DNA of 64,000 nt from a virus. Its lineage: Duplodnaviria > Caudoviricetes. The notes beneath the pieces were generated by a model. That model worked only from the letters and a program-made list of their open reading frames with translations. It was not told the origin of the DNA and did no database searches. A program made the position numbers and the translations under genes. The stretch is from the IMG/VR virus record IMGVR_UViG_3300013383_000002, positions 57,437 to 121,436 of that record, one strand, 5' to 3'. Below are positions 1-10,653 of the stretch, piece after piece; the stretch's first letter is position 1; every line of letters begins with the position of its first letter.

Positions 1-336
1 GTAACTCTTTTCTCTATCCCCGTTTTGAATTTCGTAGAAATATTTTAGGGCAAAGTAACACCCCTTATACGTCCCCTTTTTCTCTGATTTGATAAAGGAT
101 TTGAAAAAAGCTTCACATTTGAAAAAATCATATTTGATTTTTAGGTCGTGCGCGAGATAGTCATAAATGCGGTCGCGCCATTGCTCATCTTCATTTAGGT
201 TTGCTTTTTTCCAGTTATCATAACAAGTTTTATGGTAATAATAATTCTTTGCAGGCATCACATAAACGGTGTCCAATCCATCGAGCTGGGCATCAAAATA
301 CTGTCCGCATAGTCGGCATTTGACTTCGTGTTTCAC
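1..336 (-). CDS. hypothetical phage protein with N-terminal CxxC, truncated by window edge
   Basis: GTG at 336 after GGAG RBS; reads MKHEVKCRLCGQYF...HKTCY and stays open to position 1. Confidence 0.7.
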   Translation of the reverse strand, partial: MKHEVKCRLCGQYFDAQLDGLDTVYVMPAKNYYYHKTCYDNWKKANLNEDEQWRDRIYDYLAHDLKIKYDFFKCEAFFKSFIKSEKKGTYKGCYFALKYFYEIQNGDREKSY

Positions 337-441
337 TCTATCAACTCCAATTCTTTTCCTTTCTAATATTATATCATAAATTTCGTAAAAATACAAATTC
401 AGAGGCATAGTTTTACACTATGCCCCTGAACGTATATCTAT

Positions 442-3400
442 TTAGTTCATGCTATCGCGTAGGTCACGAAGGTCGAGAAGGGCCAAGTATAGGAGGTCTA
501 CTTGGTCTTCGGTAACTTCTGAAAGTTTTATCTTTCGGCCAAAAATCATTTCAACCTTCTTAGACATCGTGCGAACGATATCAGCTTTTTCGTCATCCGT
601 TTGTGCTTTATTGACAAGCGAAGTCCAGATTTCACGAGCTTCACTCATAGTGGCGTTGAAGTCATGCTTTTCATTAGTGATAATTGGAGCATTGTCAACA
701 ACTCGCGCACCATTTTGTTCTTCCATGTCAATTGCCTTGGCGAGAGCGTCCTCAAATTCATGAAAACCAAAAGGAATACGTGGAGCAAGATATTTACAGT
801 TTGTTATCATAAAGGCTTTTTATCCTCTATTTCTTATACTTCATTTCGTATAAGCTCAGCATATCTTTTTATCCTTATGGGATATTTGGACTCGTGGGAG
901 TTTTATTCATGAACAAACAAGACTCGAATTTCTCTTTTTTTCTTTTTAGAAAAAGGATTTTTTCATTATAAAAACCATAATATAATTTTACACTATTTGT
1001 TTTATTGAAAGTGAAATAGTAAAGTGGAACAGTTGACCTTTTATCCCATCTTGAATGAATGATCGTTGGAATAATACCTAATTGCTCTTCCAAAATAGAC
1101 ATAATAATAGAAAGATTTTCTTTGGAAACACTTACTAAATTAGTTCTTATCGTATGTCCATCATTCGGTTTATAGACACACCCATTTCCATCAAAATATC
1201 CATGAATAAAATCTAAATAATATTCTTTTGGAAGATTCAATGGAAATTTCATTTCATAGGTTTTTTTATTTGTAATTCCATAATTAGCAAGAAAACTGAC
1301 ATATTTTTTTGAAGAAAAAGTCAAACTAACTGAAGGGTGGCCGTCCTTCAAGTAATGATAAATTGGCCCATCAAACTCTATATACTTTTTGATTTTTTCT
1401 AAAACTTCTTCATCTTTTTCTGCCAAACCAATACTTATTCGATGTAAAGTTTTTCCTTCTGGAGATTTACAAATATAACCATCTGCCGCGATGAACCCCA
1501 TCAGCCAAGCTGTATCGTGGTTGATTTGAATGATTTTATCATCATTTATTTTATACTTTCTATTATCAGTATTTTGTCGAGCTTCTTCGTGAGTTCTTAT
1601 TCTAATGTTGTTTTCTTTCAAGATTTTTTTTAGACAAGCGTCACTTGTTCTATACTTTTTAGAGCATTTTGATAAAGATAGCCCGTTTGAGTAATCTTTG
1701 ATAAAATCCTCAATAACTCCTTCTATTTCAACACGAGGTCTTTTTTTATGAGTTTTTTTTAATTCAAAACCGTTTTCTCTAAAAATTCGTCTAGTTAGGT
1801 CATAGCCATAACCTTCAAGCTTGCCAGCTTCGATAAGAGATAAATCTTTTTCATAGTAATTTGTTTTTATTCTTTGAATTACCTCTTCTGGCACCACTTT
1901 TTTATTTGCCATGTTATTTTCTCCTATGCGTTGCCCCTGACCAGTATTTTACCACTAGCCTTCAGGTCTGATTCCCATCTCAGGGTTCCAGCTTTTTTCC
2001 AAAATTTTATTGATAAATTACTTTACCATAGCTCTATTTCTAAAGCGGCTACCTGCTGTAACAGTGGGCGTTGAGCGCGTTAGAATCCAGCGTTCACTTT
2101 CCCCTTTTTCGTTCCAAGATTGAGTAATAACACCGATGATGTCAACACAATTTGTTATCGTAAAGTTTTTTATCTTTACTTCTTACTCTTGAATTTGAGT
2201 AAGTTCAGCATATCTTTTTTCCTCTACGTTAGAGGAATAGAGTCTCGTGGATTTTATATCATAAAAGGTCTTCATTATTTGATATTTTCTTTCCATATAA
2301 ATGGAATTAGGAACATACAGAATTTCAAAAAGTTTTAGTATAGTTTCTTTTTTATAGACTTGCATTGAATAAAAATGGTCGCCTTGACTCAAAGTTTTTG
2401 TGCTAGTAGACAGGGAAGTAATAATACCATACTTATTCAAAAGAACTTGACGCATCCATTCAATAACTTCTTTTCTGGCACCACAAATATACCAATTATA
2501 TTGATATTTTTTATAATTCGTCCAGATACAACCGTCGCCATCAAAGTATCCTCGGATATAAGAAATAAAATATCGTTCGTCAAGAAAAGTAGGCGGGACC
2601 AAAGTAAAAGTTTTATGAGGAATTATTCCATAATGAGCTAAGTCTTGCTTGATAGTATAGCTACAAACTCTAAGACGACTATACTCATGGCCTGAATTAT
2701 TAGTATAGTGTTCTATCGGTCCTTCATAACTTAGTTCATCTTTTATTTTATATAATATTTCTTCATCAGCTCGTTGGATGTCTATTGAGAAATGGTTTGA
2801 GCTTTTTGAAACGCCTCCATCAGATGCTAAAAAACCAAGAATGTAAGCCATATTGTGGGATTGAACTTTGAAATAATCGTCATTGACATTATGTGCTCGG
2901 CATTCTTTCATGGCCTCTTGTCGATTACGAACTTTTACTCCCCATTTTTTCAGATATCTTTGAATTGTTATTCCTGCGATTCCAACGTCTCGGCCGATAG
3001 CGTTGACCCCTCTTTTCAATACTGCATAATTATATACTATAAACTCTTTTTGTTCATCTGTGAATGAAATAGGTTTACCCACGCTGGGTTCCTCCTTTAT
3101 GTTTATCAATCTATGCGTTGCGCGTGTTAGAGCTTTTGCACCCTAACTTCCGCTCTGATTCCCATCTCAGGGTTCCAGCTTTTTACTCTAATTTAGATAT
3201 TTGTTACCAAATAAATGCCCCATTGAGGCCATTGACAATTTTTAGACAACGGTTATTGAGGTCGGGCTTCGCACTAATAAGCTTGCCCTCCTCGTCATAA
3301 GTCTCTTTCAAGTGACACGTCATGAGAAGGCCATATCTCATCATAGTAATTTTGCGGAGGGAATTTTCAAATTCTTTCGACAGTTGAGCGTAACCTCCAC

Positions 3401-4991
3401 CGAAGGGCACATCTCCGATCTTAGATACTCCATTCTGCGCGCAGATAAACTGCTCACAAAGGTCATAAAGTCAATGTGTTATCGTAAAGGTTTTTTATCC
3501 TTTACTTCTTATACTTCATTTCGTATAAGTTCAGCATATCTTTTTTACCTCATCAAAGGTAATTCAGGCTCTTGGATAATTATTTCATAAGAGATAAGAA
3601 TTTTTTATATTTTCTTTCCATATATAGGGAATCTTTTACATATAAAATATTGAAAATTTGTCTAGCTCTGTCTCCGTAATAAGTAATTTCATACCAGTCT
3701 CTATTATCGGACAATTTCCCTTTTACTGTTCTTAGAACCGTTTGTATATTATACTGGGTACTTAAAAAATCTCTCATCCATTGTATGATGTCTTTAGAAG
3801 CTCCTCCAATAAAAAAGCTAGGAGTATAATTATTTAAAACAATACATCCATCTCCATCAAAATACCCTCTAATATAAGAAATACAATACTCAGGAAGAAG
3901 AAGCTCTGGCGGTTTTAATATAAAAGTTTTATTTGGAACAATTCCGTAGTGAGCTAAATCTTTTTTTATAGTAGAACTCCAAAAAGAAAGCTTCGCTATT
4001 TCTCTTTCTTTTTCTCCTTCTCCTACACAAGAATACACTTTTACTGGACGAGTATTTTTTAGTTCTCTATTTATATCTTCAAGAATTTTTTTATCATCAG
4101 CTTTTAACTGAATAAAGATACCGTTTTCTTTAGAAGAGACACTCCCGTCCGAAGCTAATAGCCCTAGTATATATGCCATATTATGAGATTGTGTTTTAAA
4201 ATAATTATCATCAATAGTATACTTCCGTAAATTATCTTTTGATTCTACATAATTACGGATATAAACACCATTTTCTTGAAGAATAGTTTTTACCGCTCTT
4301 TGACTAAGGCTAAAAGGCTTCCCACTAGGAACAAGTCCTTTTTTTAAGACTGTATAATTATAAATTACTTTTTCTTGTATTTCTTTTGAAACATCTTTTT
4401 TATTTTGATGTTTAGCTTCTCTAATTTCAACATTATGAGATTTTAATAAATTACGGACAGTTTGTCTGTTACAATTATACTCTTTGGCTAAACTCATTAG
4501 AGAGTATTTTTCATTTACATATTTTTTATATATATCTTCCCAAAATTCTTCTAGTTTACTCAACCGAGTCAACCTCCTATGTTTATATTATCTATGCGTT
4601 GCGCGTGTTAGAATTTTTACATTCTAACTTCCGCTCTGATTCCCATCTCAGGGTTCCAGCTTTTTACTGAAATAAAACTAATTTATTACTAAATTAGAGG
4701 ACGCTTTTCCATCCCAATAGTATCAATGCAAATTGTCTGATATAGTTCTTTTGCTTGCGGTTTTTCAAGCTGTCGAAGAACAAGTTTCCACTCGCTCCAA
4801 GTGGTAATTGGCTGAACCATCGCATTGCTTTGAGCGTTGGTTCCAATCTCGGTCGCTATGATGAGAGCTTTGTCGCTTTGACAACAAAACTCCGTTTTAC
4901 CAATCTTAGGCGCGCCTGCGAGAAGCAGATATTTTCCACGTAGATTTCTCGAGATTACATTCGGCTGTAAAGAAAGAATATCAATGCCCAT
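442..4991 (-). CDS. Sak4-like AAA ATPase / recombinase, spliced from exons 4711-4991, 3226-3471, 2043-2147, 442-796 (328 aa)
   Basis: Walker A GAPKIGKT and Walker B ICIDT; joined exons total 987 nt in one frame: IDTIGILYDLCEQF...KIVNGLVDIIG...AGSRFKYLAPRIPF. Confidence 0.85.
797..2042 (-). mobile_element. group I intron 3 in the recombinase gene
   Basis: P1 GCUU/GAGC with U.G at the 5' splice site; terminal G at 797; shared core AAGCTGGAACCCTGAGATGGGAATCAG, ACGCATAG and AAGATATGCTG. Confidence 0.88.
875..1912 (-). CDS. intron-encoded LAGLIDADG homing endonuclease
   Basis: two motifs LMGFIAADGYI and FIHGYFDGNGC; N-terminal HTH-like repeats. Confidence 0.9.
   Translation of the reverse strand: MANKKVVPEEVIQRIKTNYYEKDLSLIEAGKLEGYGYDLTRRIFRENGFELKKTHKKRPRVEIEGVIEDFIKDYSNGLSLSKCSKKYRTSDACLKKILKENNIRIRTHEEARQNTDNRKYKINDDKIIQINHDTAWLMGFIAADGYICKSPEGKTLHRISIGLAEKDEEVLEKIKKYIEFDGPIYHYLKDGHPSVSLTFSSKKYVSFLANYGITNKKTYEMKFPLNLPKEYYLDFIHGYFDGNGCVYKPNDGHTIRTNLVSVSKENLSIIMSILEEQLGIIPTIIHSRWDKRSTVPLYYFTFNKTNSVKLYYGFYNEKILFLKRKKEKFESCLFMNKTPTSPNIP
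2148..3225 (-). mobile_element. group I intron 2 in the recombinase gene
   Basis: P1 GCCU/GGGC; terminal G at 2148; same conserved core; removal restores GL-VDII. Confidence 0.88.
2183..3109 (-). CDS. intron-encoded LAGLIDADG homing endonuclease
   Basis: motifs ILGFLASDGGV and YIRGYFDGDGC; ORF runs into the intron 3' core. Confidence 0.9.
   Translation of the reverse strand: MINIKEEPSVGKPISFTDEQKEFIVYNYAVLKRGVNAIGRDVGIAGITIQRYLKKWGVKVRNRQEAMKECRAHNVNDDYFKVQSHNMAYILGFLASDGGVSKSSNHFSIDIQRADEEILYKIKDELSYEGPIEHYTNNSGHEYSRLRVCSYTIKQDLAHYGIIPHKTFTLVPPTFLDERYFISYIRGYFDGDGCIWTNYKKYQYNWYICGARKEVIEWMRQVLLNKYGIITSLSTSTKTLSQGDHFYSMQVYKKETILKLFEILYVPNSIYMERKYQIMKTFYDIKSTRLYSSNVEEKRYAELTQIQE
3472..4710 (-). 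mobile_element. group I intron 1 in the recombinase gene
   Basis: P1 GGGAU/GUCCU; terminal G at 3472; conserved core; removal gives DTIG-ILYDLC. Confidence 0.88.
3580..4572 (-). CDS. intron-encoded LAGLIDADG homing endonuclease
   Basis: motifs ILGLLASDGSV and YIRGYFDGDGC; clear paralogue of 2183-3109. Confidence 0.9.
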   Translation of the reverse strand: MTRLSKLEEFWEDIYKKYVNEKYSLMSLAKEYNCNRQTVRNLLKSHNVEIREAKHQNKKDVSKEIQEKVIYNYTVLKKGLVPSGKPFSLSQRAVKTILQENGVYIRNYVESKDNLRKYTIDDNYFKTQSHNMAYILGLLASDGSVSSKENGIFIQLKADDKKILEDINRELKNTRPVKVYSCVGEGEKEREIAKLSFWSSTIKKDLAHYGIVPNKTFILKPPELLLPEYCISYIRGYFDGDGCIVLNNYTPSFFIGGASKDIIQWMRDFLSTQYNIQTVLRTVKGKLSDNRDWYEITYYGDRARQIFNILYVKDSLYMERKYKKFLSLMK

Positions 4992-5008
4992 AATCTTCGC
5001 CTCCTAAA

Positions 5009-5926
5009 TTAGAAGCCTAGGTCGGCCCCAACGTTAGAAAGTGAACTGGTCTGCGCGGGCGCCTTGTGCGTGCTCTTCTTACCGGCGTCGGCCTTCATCT
5101 GGTCAAGACGAGCCTTACGTTCGCGCATTGCCTGAACAAGGTCATCCATATCATAAGCTGCGTCACCCTCAAATGGCTCCTGAGAACCAGCGATTACAAC
5201 CAGCTCCCTCACAGAGGTAGTCTTCATGCGCTCCTGCGGCTCACCAAAGCCAATCTGCTCAACAATCTTTTCAGTAACAGAAGAGAAGTTGAGACGAACA
5301 GTTGCCTTGAAAGTCTTATCGGTTTCCCAATATTGTTCAATTGCCGCGACAACATTAGGATTGGTAGCATGTAGCTTCATAATATCTACCTTACCGCCAT
5401 ATTGAGGAACAATAGCAGTAATTTCAAGCTTCTTAGGGTCCAGTTCAATACCCTGCTCATCGACCATTGGCTTGATATTAGAAATAGCAAACATAATGGT
5501 AAATTCACAAGAAGGCTTAAATTCACCAGTTGCCTTGTTTACAAAAGAGGCCTGAACACGGGGAGTGGAGACAAAACGACCATCCTGCGTGTAGAACTCA
5601 TTCATTCTAAGGTTCGCGCCAGTGATACGAACACGATCTGCTTCCTCTCTACCAACAGCGGCGACAGACTTATACTCCTTCATTACAGTTTCGATACTAG
5701 TATAAGCGGGGTTTAGTGCGCCGTCCTTCTTATACTTCTGAGAATAAAGAGAAACTGGAATTTGAAGCGTAACTTGTGCCCCATTGATTTCCTTGTCTAC
5801 TTCAACAATAATTTCGCCGCCGACGGTTTCAACCTTCTGCCCATTCTTATCAAAAGAGCCATACTTTAGATTAGTTTCTAGTAGAATACCCTCAATCTTA
5901 CCTCTATTTTCAGCTTGCTTTAGCAT
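5009..5926 (-). CDS. putative single-stranded DNA-binding protein
   Basis: 305 aa, beta-rich, flexible tail ending DLGF, directly upstream of the recombinase; function inferred from context. Confidence 0.5.
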   Translation of the reverse strand: MLKQAENRGKIEGILLETNLKYGSFDKNGQKVETVGGEIIVEVDKEINGAQVTLQIPVSLYSQKYKKDGALNPAYTSIETVMKEYKSVAAVGREEADRVRITGANLRMNEFYTQDGRFVSTPRVQASFVNKATGEFKPSCEFTIMFAISNIKPMVDEQGIELDPKKLEITAIVPQYGGKVDIMKLHATNPNVVAAIEQYWETDKTFKATVRLNFSSVTEKIVEQIGFGEPQERMKTTSVRELVVIAGSQEPFEGDAAYDMDDLVQAMRERKARLDQMKADAGKKSTHKAPAQTSSLSNVGADLGF

Positions 5927-6010
5927 TTATTTTCTCCTTTTCAAATAAAATTATTTTTGGCTCTTCAAATGGCGAGGCCGATAACGACCTCGCCTATATG
6001 AATTCAATTC

Positions 6011-6262
6011 TTACTCAGCATCCTCAGAGGGAACAAAATTCTTGCCAGCGTCCGTTAGAACGGCGTAAGCAACAGGCTTCTCAGCACCCTCGACCTCTTC
6101 CTTCTCACGAACAACAAGACCCTTCTTCGTTAGGTCAAGAACATTCGCGCCGACAGAGCGAGCAGAACGACCAGTAGCATTAGCAAGCTCCTCAATAGAA
6201 ACCTTGCCGCCGTTATTCTTCAGATACTCAAAAACCTCAGAACTCTTACTTGTTAGAACCAT
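6011..6262 (-). CDS. small winged-helix DNA-binding protein
   Basis: VSIEELANATGRSARSVGANVLDLTKKGLV...LTDAG pattern; own TTGACA/TATAAT promoter. Confidence 0.7.
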   Translation of the reverse strand: MVLTSKSSEVFEYLKNNGGKVSIEELANATGRSARSVGANVLDLTKKGLVVREKEEVEGAEKPVAYAVLTDAGKNFVPSEDAE

Positions 6263-6451
6263 TTCAATTACTCCTTTTATTATAAAAAAATATTTTTATT
6301 ATAAACGAGACGCTGTCTCATTTATTACATTTATATTATACACGATTTTCTTTGTTTTGTCAAAAATTCAATCCAAAGTTTTTCGTGTATCAAAACGAGT
6401 TGTCTTTCAACTCATCTTGTGGTAATATTATACTCAAAATTCAAAGAAAAA

Positions 6452-8800
6452 TCAAGCATTCAAACTCACCAAATTCTGAATTTTTTCTTTATCTTTCAGC
6501 TTCATCGCTTTGATTCCCATCGTCGCGCGCGACAGCAGAGGAATTTCATCCATCTTTAGACGAATTTGGGAGACGTTTGATACGACCAGGACTTCAGTAT
6601 CGTCAGTCAACGGCAAAAAGTCACAAAGTCTATCGGATTGCTGAATTGACTTTCCCTTGGTCGCGCGCCCCGTAACAGAGAACTCACTAATCGAAGTCCG
6701 CTTCGCAAAGCCGTCCTCTGACGTAGATAGAATTTCTTTTGTCCCCTTCGGGATAACTCTCGCACAAACAATATAATCTCCATCATTGAGTTTCATTCCA
6801 GTGACGCCGCGCGCAACACGTCCAATAGCACGGATATCAGAAGTGGAAATCATGATAAAGTTGCCAGAGTGAGACAAGATTCCAATATTTTCATCCCTCA
6901 GAATCAGAACAGAAACAATCGAATCGTTTTTATCAAGTTTTATCGCCTGCGCGCCATTACCTCTTTTCAAATTATATTCAGAGAGCGCGGACTTTTTCAA
7001 AACTCCGTTCTTCGTAATGAAGATAATGTTAGAGGATTGTTGCTCTTTTGAGAGAATGACGCTTGCGCGCACGTATTCATCCGACTGGAAAGAAACAAAA
7101 GTATTGAGATATTGTTTCTCGCCAACTGAGAAATCACCCATTTTCATTGAGTAGAAACGACCTTTGTCAGTAAAGAACAGAATCTCGTCTACATTTTCTC
7201 CCACCAACGTATCAACTACATATTCGCCCTTATCAAGCTTGAACTTTTGGCCGACACCGTTGCGTCGCTGAGAATAGAGGGTTGATGTCTCATTTACAAA
7301 AACCGCACCTTCATTTGTAAAAGAAAGAGCTAATTGCTTTCGCTCAATTGTTTCTTCTTCATTAGAAATATTTAGAATTTTTGTGCGCCGTGCGTCGCCA
7401 AATTTTTCAGCTACTTCGCGCAGACCTTTTTCAATTTCTTTCTTCAGAAGATTTTCATCGGCCAAGATGGCTTCAATGCGCGCGAGTTCCTTTTCTAGTT
7501 CCGCCTTCTCATTTGTTAATTTAGAAACATCAAGATGGGTAAGACGAGAGAGTTTTAGGTCAAGGATTGCCTTTGCTTGGGTTTCATCAATTCCAAGAAG
7601 ATGTTGAAGCCCAATTGAAGCGTTCTTTGTATCAGAAGATTTCTTGATAATTTTGACCACTTCATCAATCATTGAAATAGCTTTGATGAGTGCGTCGAGG
7701 ATATGAAGGCGCGCGCGACACTTCCGGCGATCAAATTGGAAGCCGTTTACATAGACGGTTTTTTCATGGTCAAGATGCGCTTGAAAAAGTTCGCGCAATC
7801 CAAGCACCGCCGGCTTCCTCCCATCCACTAGAACCGTCATGTTTATTCCACTGAAACTTTCAAGAGAAGTCTCCTTATACAAGAGTTTCAAGACTTTTTC
7901 CGGAGAAGCGTTTTTAGTCAAATAAATTTCGTAATCTGGCTTTTTATGGGAAGCATCATTGACATTATCAATTCCACAATTCGGCTCTTTTTCCAGAAGT
8001 TTTTGAATTTGTGCACTAATAGTTTCAGTATAAACCCCATAAGGTAATTCTCTAACGACTAGTGCGCGCTTTGCCTTGTCATATTCAATAACAGAACGGA
8101 GCTTGGCAGCAGCGCCGGTTCCTTCTTCAAGACTTTTCTTCACTTCATCTGCGTTCAAAAGGAGCGCGCCAGTTGCATAGTCCGGCATAACACAAATTTC
8201 TTCAAAAGGGATGTTCGGGTTCCAAAGAAGCTTAATTAGCGCTTTATTTACTTCTTTTAGGTTGAATTGAGGAATAGAACTGCTTAGCGCGATACCAAGG
8301 CCAACTGTTCCATTACAGATATTATAATAACCCTTCGATGGAGCAACTTTTGGATATTTTTCAGTTTCATCAAAATTTTCGCTCCATTCAAAAATTGTCT
8401 CTTTATCAATATCTCCGAAAAGATTATAACCGAGGGGGCTAAGACGAAGCTCAGTATAGCGCATTGAAGCTTCATCTGACGTATTATTCAGAGTACCATT
8501 ATTACCCTGACAATCTTCTAATGGATAACGCATTGCGAAGGGCTTGCTCATTCGCATATAAGTTCCATAGCAACTGCTATCGCCATGTTCATAATAATGT
8601 CCAAGAGCATCGCCGACTACACGAGCGCTTTTTACAAAAGGTTTAGATGGAATATTCTTTGTAACAGCCATCTGACAATACATAAGCATCCGCGCGGATG
8701 GCTTTAGAAGGTCGCGCGCGTCACATATGGCGCGGTTCATAATGACATTGCCAGCATAACGAGTAAAACTATCTTCTACTATTTTCTTGATATCTGCCAT
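6452..8800 (-). CDS. gyrA: DNA gyrase / type IIA topoisomerase subunit A
   Basis: DLLKPS, KSARVVG, HGDSS, catalytic SMRYTE, C-terminal beta-pinwheel repeats, GyrA-box-like QRRNGVG. Confidence 0.93.
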   Translation of the reverse strand: MADIKKIVEDSFTRYAGNVIMNRAICDARDLLKPSARMLMYCQMAVTKNIPSKPFVKSARVVGDALGHYYEHGDSSCYGTYMRMSKPFAMRYPLEDCQGNNGTLNNTSDEASMRYTELRLSPLGYNLFGDIDKETIFEWSENFDETEKYPKVAPSKGYYNICNGTVGLGIALSSSIPQFNLKEVNKALIKLLWNPNIPFEEICVMPDYATGALLLNADEVKKSLEEGTGAAAKLRSVIEYDKAKRALVVRELPYGVYTETISAQIQKLLEKEPNCGIDNVNDASHKKPDYEIYLTKNASPEKVLKLLYKETSLESFSGINMTVLVDGRKPAVLGLRELFQAHLDHEKTVYVNGFQFDRRKCRARLHILDALIKAISMIDEVVKIIKKSSDTKNASIGLQHLLGIDETQAKAILDLKLSRLTHLDVSKLTNEKAELEKELARIEAILADENLLKKEIEKGLREVAEKFGDARRTKILNISNEEETIERKQLALSFTNEGAVFVNETSTLYSQRRNGVGQKFKLDKGEYVVDTLVGENVDEILFFTDKGRFYSMKMGDFSVGEKQYLNTFVSFQSDEYVRASVILSKEQQSSNIIFITKNGVLKKSALSEYNLKRGNGAQAIKLDKNDSIVSVLILRDENIGILSHSGNFIMISTSDIRAIGRVARGVTGMKLNDGDYIVCARVIPKGTKEILSTSEDGFAKRTSISEFSVTGRATKGKSIQQSDRLCDFLPLTDDTEVLVVSNVSQIRLKMDEIPLLSRATMGIKAMKLKDKEKIQNLVSLNA

Positions 8801-10653
8801 TATTCCACCTCAAATTTTGAAAAATCAATATTATTGAATACGAATTCTTTTCTCGGTTCAACATCTTCGCTCATTAGCTCAAGTAGAGTTTGAATACCTT
8901 CCTCACTGTATGTGATGGGTTCCAAATGTTGCCATTCTTTATTAAACATAGAACTTTTCAAATCTTCATCAGTCATCTGACCAAGACCTTTGAAGAAGGT
9001 GATATTGCCCTTTGGATGGTTGCGGAATTCTTCTTCGTTATAATAATAATACGTTTTTGTTTTTGTTTCAACTTTACAGGTTGGTGCGCGAAGCCAAAAG
9101 AGACGATTTTCTTTTAGAAATTGTGGGGCAAGAACTTGCAACATTGCCATTAGAAGAAGTCCAATATGACTACCGTCAAAATCACCATCGACCGCGAGAG
9201 CGACACATCCATATCGAAGTTTCTCGGCATTATAAGGTTTCCCATAAGTAAGTCCTAGCGCCTGAAGAAGTAGTTTGACTTCTTCATTATTCAAACCTTC
9301 TTCAATCGTCGCTTTTAGAAGATTTTTTGCCTTGCCTCTTAGCATTAGTATGCCGTATGTGTTTGGGTCACGACCAATAGACATCGAGCCTCCGGCGGAA
9401 AGACCTTCTACACAAAGAAGGATACTATCTTTGCCAAGTTTTCGCGCGTCACGGAGTTTATCATAATTTAGAAGCTTTTTCTTCTCATTGGCTTTTTGCT
9501 CTTTTTCGTGGTTGAGGATTGCCTGACGCGCACGTTCCGCGGCCATTTCGGCTTTGTTGATTTTTGTAAGAATTTCAACAATTTTATCAAAATCTGCTTT
9601 TCTTCGTTTAAAGAAATCCTTTAAACAATTACTAATGGCAGCGGAAGTGGCTGTTCCAGCCTCCTTATTGGCTAAAGCTGTTTTGGCTTGGTTAGAGAAT
9701 TGTCCAGTATGGACTTTTACTGATACAAACCCCTCGAGGCACTCTCGAATTTGTTCTCCAGAAAATTTAGTTTTTGCTAAAGAATTAAAAGTTCTAGTTA
9801 GAGAAGTTTTAAAGGAGCTAATAAATGCACCACCATCTGGCATATAAAGACCATTTGCATAGCCTCTAATATTTCCCTTTTTCGTGACCCATTGTAAAGC
9901 CAATTCTACTTGGCAACTATCTTCTTCATAAAAGTAATTGAAAGGTTTGCTTATTACATTTTCATTTTGAAGTCCATCAATAAGTCCATTTTTAGATAAG
10001 AAATATTCTTCTTTATTATCTATAATAAGTATAATTTTTAATTCTTTAGTAAAAAAAGACATTTCTTTCAACATAATTTTTAAAGCATCTATATCAATAA
10101 AGACATCCCCATAAACTTTCTCGTCTGGAACATAAGTGATAATAGTGCCAGTTCCGGTGCCTAAGTCTTTTGAAACTTGAACTTCTGATATTGGATAAGC
10201 GCCTTCGTCATTACTTTCAAAACGCTGAAAATAAATATTTCCTTCTCGATGAACTTCTACTTCAAGCCATTTGGCGGTATGGCAAACCACTTTATTCCCT
10301 TCACCGTTAATACCGACCGAACTTACATAAGAACCCTCTTTATGTTTTGCTCCTGAATGAGGCAAAAGAAAAGCGGCAGTTAGTGAGTTTATTCCATCAT
10401 TGCGAACAGCACAAGGTATTCCTCTCATATTGTCAGAAACTCGGATTTCTCGTTTTTGCGTAAATAACTCAATTTTTAGAAACGGATTAGAAGGTTTATA
10501 TACTTCATATTCATCTTGGACATTTACAATAAGTTCACGCAGGCCAAGGTTTATTGCCTCTTGACGGTCGGCACTGAGGTACATACCAATTTTTTCTCTG
10601 AAGGCCCGGCCTGGAGATAAAGTTGTTAAATCATTAGCATCATAATTGCTCAT
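8800..10653 (-). CDS. gyrB: DNA gyrase / type IIA topoisomerase subunit B
   Basis: GHKL motifs (ELIVN, DNMRGIP, GINGEG), TOPRIM EGLSA, LRGK, DGDFDG, FKGLG; ATG at 10653 with GGAGG RBS. Confidence 0.93.
   Translation of the reverse strand: MSNYDANDLTTLSPGRAFREKIGMYLSADRQEAINLGLRELIVNVQDEYEVYKPSNPFLKIELFTQKREIRVSDNMRGIPCAVRNDGINSLTAAFLLPHSGAKHKEGSYVSSVGINGEGNKVVCHTAKWLEVEVHREGNIYFQRFESNDEGAYPISEVQVSKDLGTGTGTIITYVPDEKVYGDVFIDIDALKIMLKEMSFFTKELKIILIIDNKEEYFLSKNGLIDGLQNENVISKPFNYFYEEDSCQVELALQWVTKKGNIRGYANGLYMPDGGAFISSFKTSLTRTFNSLAKTKFSGEQIRECLEGFVSVKVHTGQFSNQAKTALANKEAGTATSAAISNCLKDFFKRRKADFDKIVEILTKINKAEMAAERARQAILNHEKEQKANEKKKLLNYDKLRDARKLGKDSILLCVEGLSAGGSMSIGRDPNTYGILMLRGKAKNLLKATIEEGLNNEEVKLLLQALGLTYGKPYNAEKLRYGCVALAVDGDFDGSHIGLLLMAMLQVLAPQFLKENRLFWLRAPTCKVETKTKTYYYYNEEEFRNHPKGNITFFKGLGQMTDEDLKSSMFNKEWQHLEPITYSEEGIQTLLELMSEDVEPRKEFVFNNIDFSKFEVE

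Noticed and set aside
442-810. Stand-alone ORFs 442-810, 3204-3410 and 4689-4991
   Set aside because: They are exons of the intron-split recombinase gene.
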